Source of the DNA: Lama glama | Lineage: Eukaryota | Reading direction: 5' to 3' | DNA length: 64,000 nt | NCBI GenBank assembly: GCA_028534125.1 | Contig: CM052817.1 | Coordinates: 66,032,001-66,096,000, forward strand | Shown here: one piece after another, positions 57,190 through 64,000 of the stretch | Layout of the letters: the number at the start of each line of letters is the position of its first letter | Numbering within the stretch: the stretch's first letter is position 1 | Program-made: the position numbers and the translations under genes | The notes under the pieces: generated by a model | Database searches by the model: none | What the model was told of the DNA's origin: nothing | Seen by the model: the letters and a program-made list of their open reading frames with translations, nothing else

Positions 57190-57963
57190 CAGTAAAGCTT
57201 TCTCCAGTGCCTATGGTTTGCCAGGCATCATTCTAGTTGCTTTACACCTACAAGTCCTCAAAACACCCTATCCCAGGTACGTAATTTGCAGGACCCAGTG
57301 CAAAATGAAAATGCAGGGTCCTTTGTTAAAACTGTTGGATAAAAGTTTTTTCCTTTCTCCCATGGTCTTTCTCTCTCAATGTATTATGAGATACTTGCAG
57401 GGCAAAGGCAGATCTTCACAGATGCCCTCTCCAGTCCCTGACACTCAGCACAGGCACCACTGGCTGATCCAATTCCCCAGGCCCCCGTGCCCAGATCCCA
57501 CTGGAGGCAAAGGGAGGCAGAGGAGGCAGGAGAAGGGGCAGCCCAGGATCTTCCAGAGAAGTGAGGAGGCAGTAGCAGGTGGGACCCCATGTGAGCCAAG
57601 GCTGCAAGCCTCCAGGGCAAGCTTCGCTGTCCCATCTGACTTCGTTACAAAATATAAATCCAAAGTAAAAATTATTTAAAATGTCAAGATGGTGACCACA
57701 GAGCATTAAACAACAAGCACAGGGCCATATTGTGAGTGCTGGACCACTTGCCATGTCACTGGCTGAATGCCCCTAAAGCTGTCCCCGACCTGGAAGAGAA
57801 ACACTGTTTATCTCCATTTTACAGATAAGGAAACTGAAGCATAGAGCAGATCATTAACTTCCCCCAAAGTTGCCCACATGTAAGAGGCAGAATCAGGATT
57901 CAAGCTCAAGACAGGATTTAAACAAAGTCTTGACTCTAAGGTCTACTGTTTTTTACACTATGC
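57190..57963 (-). mobile_element. MIR SINE split by the MER45-like insertion (57190-57269 and 57788-57963)
   Basis: Left: tgccaggcatcattctagttgctttaca...tcctcaaaacacccta. Right: tatctccattttacagataaggaaactgaagcatagag...ggcagaatcaggattcaa. Confidence 0.8.
57270..57787 (-). mobile_element. MER45-family hAT-Tip100 element
   Basis: Ends tacgtaatttgcaggacccagtgcaaaatgaaaatgcagggtcctttgtt and tcaagatggtgaccacagagcattaaac...gcccctaaagctgtccccg match MER45 termini as recalled. The interior is GC-rich. Confidence 0.78.
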
Positions 57964-60900
57964 TAAAAGGCAATTTAAAGAAATCTATTTTTAGTCTGTA
58001 ATCATCTATTAGTCTACTACTTCTAAACAATTATTTCTAAAAGGCACATATACAAGTAGTTATAAAATCACATACAAAGATACCAGAAAAGGTTCTAAAC
58101 TATATTCCTTTATGTAAATAAGATTCAGATACAGAAATGTGATGATTTCCATGCCCATAGAAGGGGGGCGCTATCTATTACATGCATTAGCAGTATATAC
58201 ACACCTTACATATTGATACCTGCAATTCAAAGATCCAATAGTTTATGTCACATTTACACAAATACCTGAGTCCCAAGACAGCATTCTAAGTGTGACTCCA
58301 AGATTCTCAGAAACATGAGAATAACTCAGTACTTGAACCCCAAGCAACCATATGACATCTCTCTGGCCTTCTCACATCACTTTTCTGTACACTATTCCTC
58401 CTTCTTGGTCATTATCTCCTATCACCCCGGACACCTGGTATAATCATTCTATCTCATTATAAAAAAGAGTTTTCTCTTAAATTTCATCACTTATACCAAT
58501 AAAAAAAAAATCCCAATGTCCCAATCTGTTTATTTATTTGTTCCATGAATATTAATTGAACAAATCTGATTTGCTCTGCAGACTTTAAAGTACATATTTG
58601 CAGATTATTTGATTAAATTAACATATTAATGGACAGATTATGGTAACACTATGATTGAAATAAGTGCTCTAACACTTAATCCCCTACCCCACACTCACAT
58701 TATTTCCAATGAATGAATCAGTCTTATGTCACATCAGCATGTAAACGTAAAAGAAGAGGGGAAAAGAGAGCACCTCTCCCTTAGGATCCACCTGAGAAAA
58801 GAGAAACCAACTCCAGTTTTCTTGGTGGGGATGTGGCCAAGACAGACCCTAGAAAATTATATAGTACAGGCCATCAACTTTATTGCCATTGTCACACTTT
58901 GCCCCCACCCCCCAATCTGTAACCACTCAACTTAACTTGTACAGTAACTTGGAGGTAGAGTTGTATCATACCCATGCCAGATAAAATAAAAAAATCATCC
59001 TCTCTTTCAAGATACATATCCAAACTGCCCCATGAGTCAATCTCCCCCAACTCCCAGTAGAGTTGGTTCTTCTAGTTACAGTTTAGCAAATTGTACTAAA
59101 GACGCTGGTTTTCATATCTGCCTGAATCACTAAAGCTGTATTGCACTGAACATTTTTAAAAAGCAAGAGTCACTGATTTGGTGATTCTGCTAGACAGCAA
59201 ACTTTCTTCTACAGCAAACTCCAAAATGCCCTAAATGTTAATTGCCATAATAGTTAATGCTCACAGTGCTTGGCAAGGTCTCTATGAATAAAGATTAAAA
59301 ATATAATTTGTATCTAAAAGGAAAAGCATGCCCTCATACAACTAGAAAACTGGAACAGTGTTCAACGACATTCATACAGAAATGATCAGAAAGAACACTG
59401 TCTAAATGGCCTTCACTTGGTAAATTTAGTAAGATAAATCAGTTAAGTATTAATTGACCATTCCCTCAGCTAGGCTAGCTTAAATATGGAGTCTGGCCCT
59501 TGGCAAGTTTTGCTCCCATAGCCCCTATGATTGTCATAAAAATTTTCATTTAGTCTCTCAACCAGCGTTTAATGACCTTAGCTTATTTCTGTCTCTAAAA
59601 TATACCATTCTTGAAGATGAACCCTGTGTCCAATTAATCTTTGTATTTTCCATCATGCAAAATACAGAGCCTTATATGTAATTACAGGAAATGAGCCATA
59701 TGGGAATGAAGAAATCCTTCCACTCCACAATACCATAAACATAAAAAGCATCAGAAAATTTAAAAAAAAAAAAAAAAAAAGCCTGAGTCCCAGGATCAAG
59801 GTGTAAAGTTGTACAGGAAAGTGTTTCTTTCACTTTTTTTCTTTGAGGAGCCAGAAACCTTTAAATTTTGCAAATTTGAAATCACTGAAATGGAAAAACC
59901 TATCCCTCGGGACTTCTGATTTTGGGGGATAGCCCCATCACCCTGCCCTAACCCACCACAAAGCCCCCTTCAGAGGCCTATCCTCTAAGATGTCTCTTAC
60001 AACAAACCTCTTAAACATCCGCCTTTACATCCCTGATCCAAACACCCATTTCCCCAATATCTAGTAACAAATAATCCGAGGTACTTACGTTAATACCTGC
60101 AAATTGTGGAGGCAGAATATAATGCTCTGCTTTAAAAAAAAAGAAGGGGAGGGAATGTCAACAATTTAAAAAGATGGCACCCTGGGGAAGGAGAATCAGC
60201 ACTTATATTTAATAGATTTCCAATCTGACCCCTTCCGTCTTTCCTCCCCAGCTCAGTAAATAATCCAGATTCCCATTTCACCAGAAAGCAGACATTCTCT
60301 ATTGTCATAGTTATTTTTAAAAAGACAAAAAAGCACAATGTTTTCATGCTATGTTGGCTGTTTTTAGGTGAAAATTTATTTCATTTTTCAGTTATTACAT
60401 TTTTCAGTACAACATAAATAGTTCACCTAGCACTTAGGAAATATGAAGCCCTACACTAGAAAGACAGATTCCCTTCCCCAGTATTTTATCAAATTTATCA
60501 TATTCATAACACCAATTTTAATTTAAAATTAGTAAGAAAAACAATTCTTATTAGTAACTAAAAGTGACTGATTTCTGCAAAATATAAAAAGCAATCTCTT
60601 GTTTAAATGTTAATCTTCTGAGGGTAAAAGTAAAATGTTAAAAATTTAAATTGAAGATGTATTGATTCTTGCTTCTCTTTCTTCTCTTTTTAGAGCTTAC
60701 ACTTTTGTACGGTGCCACCTGTATTTAGTTACTTTGTCCAACAGTGCACAGACACAATGCAAGTGTGCTTAGTGTGCTCTTTCGTTTTCTTACTGTAATC
60801 ACTGCAGATACTATGTTAATGTTACTTTTTCATAAGGAAATCGTAAAATATTCTTCAAATCTACTTTACTATTTACCTTTCTTTTCCTCCTCCCTTTTTT

Positions 60901-61819
60901 AAAGTAGGATAACCAACCATTTAACATCATTTTCCTCTCTCTTTTGTCCACACTATGGTCACTGAATTGGGTAAAACAATTGGTGAAGTACCAATATGTC
61001 TAACAATTTACATTCCTTTCTGCCCTTGGTACTGATCTTCTATTCAACACTCTCACAATATCAAGAGTTTTATTGAAAACATGTATTAAGAATTTTAACA
61101 AAGGTACACATATGGATTCTTAATAGAGATTTGTTATTAGCCCAATATGGACACTGGATTATTTTGCTATCAAACCCAAGTCAGAATCGACAGGGTTAAC
61201 TTTTTAAAAATCATCTCATGTCAGAAGAGTTTCACACCAACCAGGAAAAAGGATGTTATCTTTCAGGTTAACAATATAAAAGTCAGCAGTGCACAATCTC
61301 AGCTATTGTTCACTCTGGCAAAGCACCACTGGCTGGGTGATTTACAACAGGTTGGTAATTATATAATGGCACATAAACATTGCTAGAAATTTCAAATGTC
61401 CACCTGCTAGAAGTGGAACCACATGTGCTGTAAAAGTAGAGCAATCATGATCACCGGCTGACTCCAAAGGCAAATATTTGGGTAGTAAGGCTGCCTGTTC
61501 ACTAGTGTTAGTATTCACTGATATCAAATAAACCATATCCACAACAGCAATTTCCATTTAAATGACTGTTAAGAAGTCTGACGAAGTTAAACTGAGATAT
61601 GATGATTGCAGAATTTTAATGACGGAAGGAGTCAATAGACCTGTTATGAAACAGCTGTGTGTGTTGAGAATGTTTGCCAGTGGGATTGGCTGGCCCCATG
61701 AGCAATGGCAATCTCAGGGTTGTGTCCCAGGGCAGAAGATTAAATCATAGAGAGGGAGCCAGGGTGGACCAAGGGATATTGGCATTTATCACTTGTCTAC
61801 TACGAAATAAAGTGCTGAA

Positions 61820-62000
61820 CCAGATACTTCCAAGTATTGTATTAATTAATGAGTATTCTCATCAATGCTATAAATTTTATCATTGGTATGTTTTTCACAC
61901 ATGAAGAAACAGAAGCTGCGAAAGATTAATTTTTCCAGGGCCACTCAAGTGGAAAGGGGTAAGATCTGAATCTAAATACTTGTGATTACAGAACCCATCC
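61820..62000 (-). mobile_element. MIR SINE, degraded
   Basis: ttttcacacatgaagaaacagaagctgcgaaagattaattttt ccagggccactca...aagatctgaatcta. Confidence 0.55.
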
Positions 62001-64000
62001 TAGCCCGGCTGTGTACCCTTTGTACCCTTCCACAGAGGTCACTTAATTTTTCTGAGACTCAGTTTCCACGTCTTTACAAAGAGTTCTAAAAAAACTTTCA
62101 TGTTATTATTTATTCCTGATTCTTTTAGTTTGTTGTCTTCTTTCTTATGCCTTTATAAATGCAAGGGGTAGAGGGCAGGCTGCGTAATAGAGAGAGGATA
62201 TATTAATGTTTCAAAGGGAAACACACTACAGAAACAGGTTGGCTGACTACCTTCACCCCAAGCTGGAGAGACAGATGTCTCCAACTGCACATCGAAGATA
62301 TCTGGTCAGTGCTCCAGGTTTAGTGTCTAAATCCAATGTGAAGATCATCAGTCATTTTATTTGACATTTAGAATCTGTTATAAGTTTATTGTGAAGCCCA
62401 CAGTTACTCCTTGTGGGCTGTGTTACCTCACCTATAGTGTGCAAATCAGGGAATAGCGTTTTAATACATAAACTGTATTTATCACATTGGGTTGTTCTAA
62501 TAATTAAATGAATCAATAATGTCAAATACACAGAATGGTGTCTGGATGCAGCACGATCTATAAAATACTACCTATTTTTGTTGTAATGTACCACTTTATT
62601 CATGAAACATCCAGAACATTACATAATTCTGATAGATAGTATTAATGGCTGTGTAAAACGATTCATGCTTAATCATACTTTTCATTAGTTTATTTTTGTT
62701 ATAAGAACATGAATTACTGATTATGCATTATTTGTATCTAGAAAGTATCCAGGAACATGTTCAATTTTTCTTCTCTATCGTCTATCTTGAAAATGCAGAA
62801 TGTATTATCATTGTTACCCAAAATAACAATAATTCTTCTTAAAATTATGTAAATAAAACAGTGTTCAAAACAAATTTATTAATGTTATGTCCTACTTATC
62901 AAAAGTTAGGGAAGCTTAAAAATTGCCTACGGGCAATTGGTATTCAATACATATTTACTGTAAGAACAAATAAATATATAAATGAACAAATAATTCTTTA
63001 GTAGTGAAGCATTCAAAACAATACAAAAATCACCTAGAAAAGCAAAACCCCAACTTTGATCAAGAACATTAAATCAGAAGTACAAATACTAAATTCTCAC
63101 ACATTCACTGATAGGAAAAAAACATGGTAGAATATAGTAGCTATGGAAAATTTCACAAAACTTTAAAGAAAGTGGATATTGTAGAAGATACTTAAGGAAC
63201 TATACAAATGGATTCTCACTGAACTGAAGGAACCATAGTCTACACCTCCACGGGCGACTTGCCCAAATTTTCCGATGAAACAGTGAACCCCCAGCAAGCA
63301 AAAGAAACTGAAAAGTGTGTCACGGGGCTGAGCACTGCCCACAGGTAAGTCTTCCTCTTGGATGAGAAGGTACTCTGCATGTTCCCTCAAATCTATCAAT
63401 GTTTCAGACGCTGACTTTCCAGGTGGAAACAGCAGACACCATCTAAATTCCCCTGCTTTGATGGGAAAGCTGCGATTCTGACACACCACCGTAAGTATCT
63501 CTCTCCTTGGGGACTTTCCAAGGAACTTCGTCTCTTTCTTATTCACCTGCTGTTGGGCCAGACCATCACTACTCATTTCCAGGTCTCCTGTTAACCCTCT
63601 CCCCAAAACATAACAGTGGCCTTTCCTTTGATTAAAAACAAACAAACAAACAAAACAACAAACTCAGAAAGGAGAGCGCTTAGCTCTTCTCTCCGGCTTG
63701 GCAATGAAGTCAAGAAAGTTGCCTTTCTTGAAAGAGTTTAAATCCCTGGGAAATTTAATGTCTCTGAGAAGAAACCAGACAAGCATAGTGTTGATTATGA
63801 AGACCCAACAAACCCCTCCCAATCAGGGCGGCCAGCTGGGTCCTCGCAGTGCTGACGGGAGCACCGTGAAGCCCAGGGTCAGAAGACCTGGCGTCTGAGT
63901 CGTCAGCTGACCCCACGCAGAGATCAGATTACTCTTAATCTCTGCTCTGGGTTTCCCCCGCTGCCAAAAACAGGAACCAGAGGTTTTCTTCAGTTTATAT

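Noticed and set aside
57218..57754. Four overlapping ORFs of 72-153 aa
   Set aside because: They coincide with the GC-rich MER45-like element and MIR, and show no transposase or other motifs.
5903..57994. Perfect MEF2 sites (CTAAAAATAG at 5903, CTATTTTTAG at 57985) and scattered TGASTCA AP-1 sites
   Set aside because: Isolated, and a few such matches are expected by chance in 64 kb of AT-rich DNA.
63163..63645. 160-aa minus-strand ORF, the longest in the track
   Set aside because: Non-ATG start inside a (TTTG)n repeat, no recognisable homology, and no convincing exon boundaries.

Overview
Mammalian, AT-rich genomic DNA, almost certainly camelid: it carries six tRNA-Ala-derived Vic-1-type SINEs, and I saw no Alu, Bov-A/BovB or PRE-1. 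The window lies inside PPP3CA (calcineurin A alpha), transcribed on the minus strand. The only supported coding sequence is the 201-nt exon 2 at 2307-2507. Positions 1-2306 are the start of intron 2, and 2508-64000 are the last 61.5 kb of a very long intron 1. The rest is ordinary intronic repeat content: MIR, L2, L1 fragments, hAT and Tigger MITEs, one ERVL solo LTR and microsatellites. I found no convincing new multi-gene system, and the other ORFs in the track look like noise or repeat remnants. The best leads are non-coding: a kappaB/ISRE/NFAT motif cluster (63.1-63.55 kb); an NFAT + octamer palindrome module (~50 kb); a strong orphan 3' splice site with a ~115-nt AG-free zone (~23.1 kb); an inverted NeuroD-type E-box pair; a paired D-box palindrome; a SINE with a possible 3' transduction; and a SINE subfamily split. 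Repeat family names come from recalled consensus sequences, not an alignment, and boundaries of old repeats are approximate.
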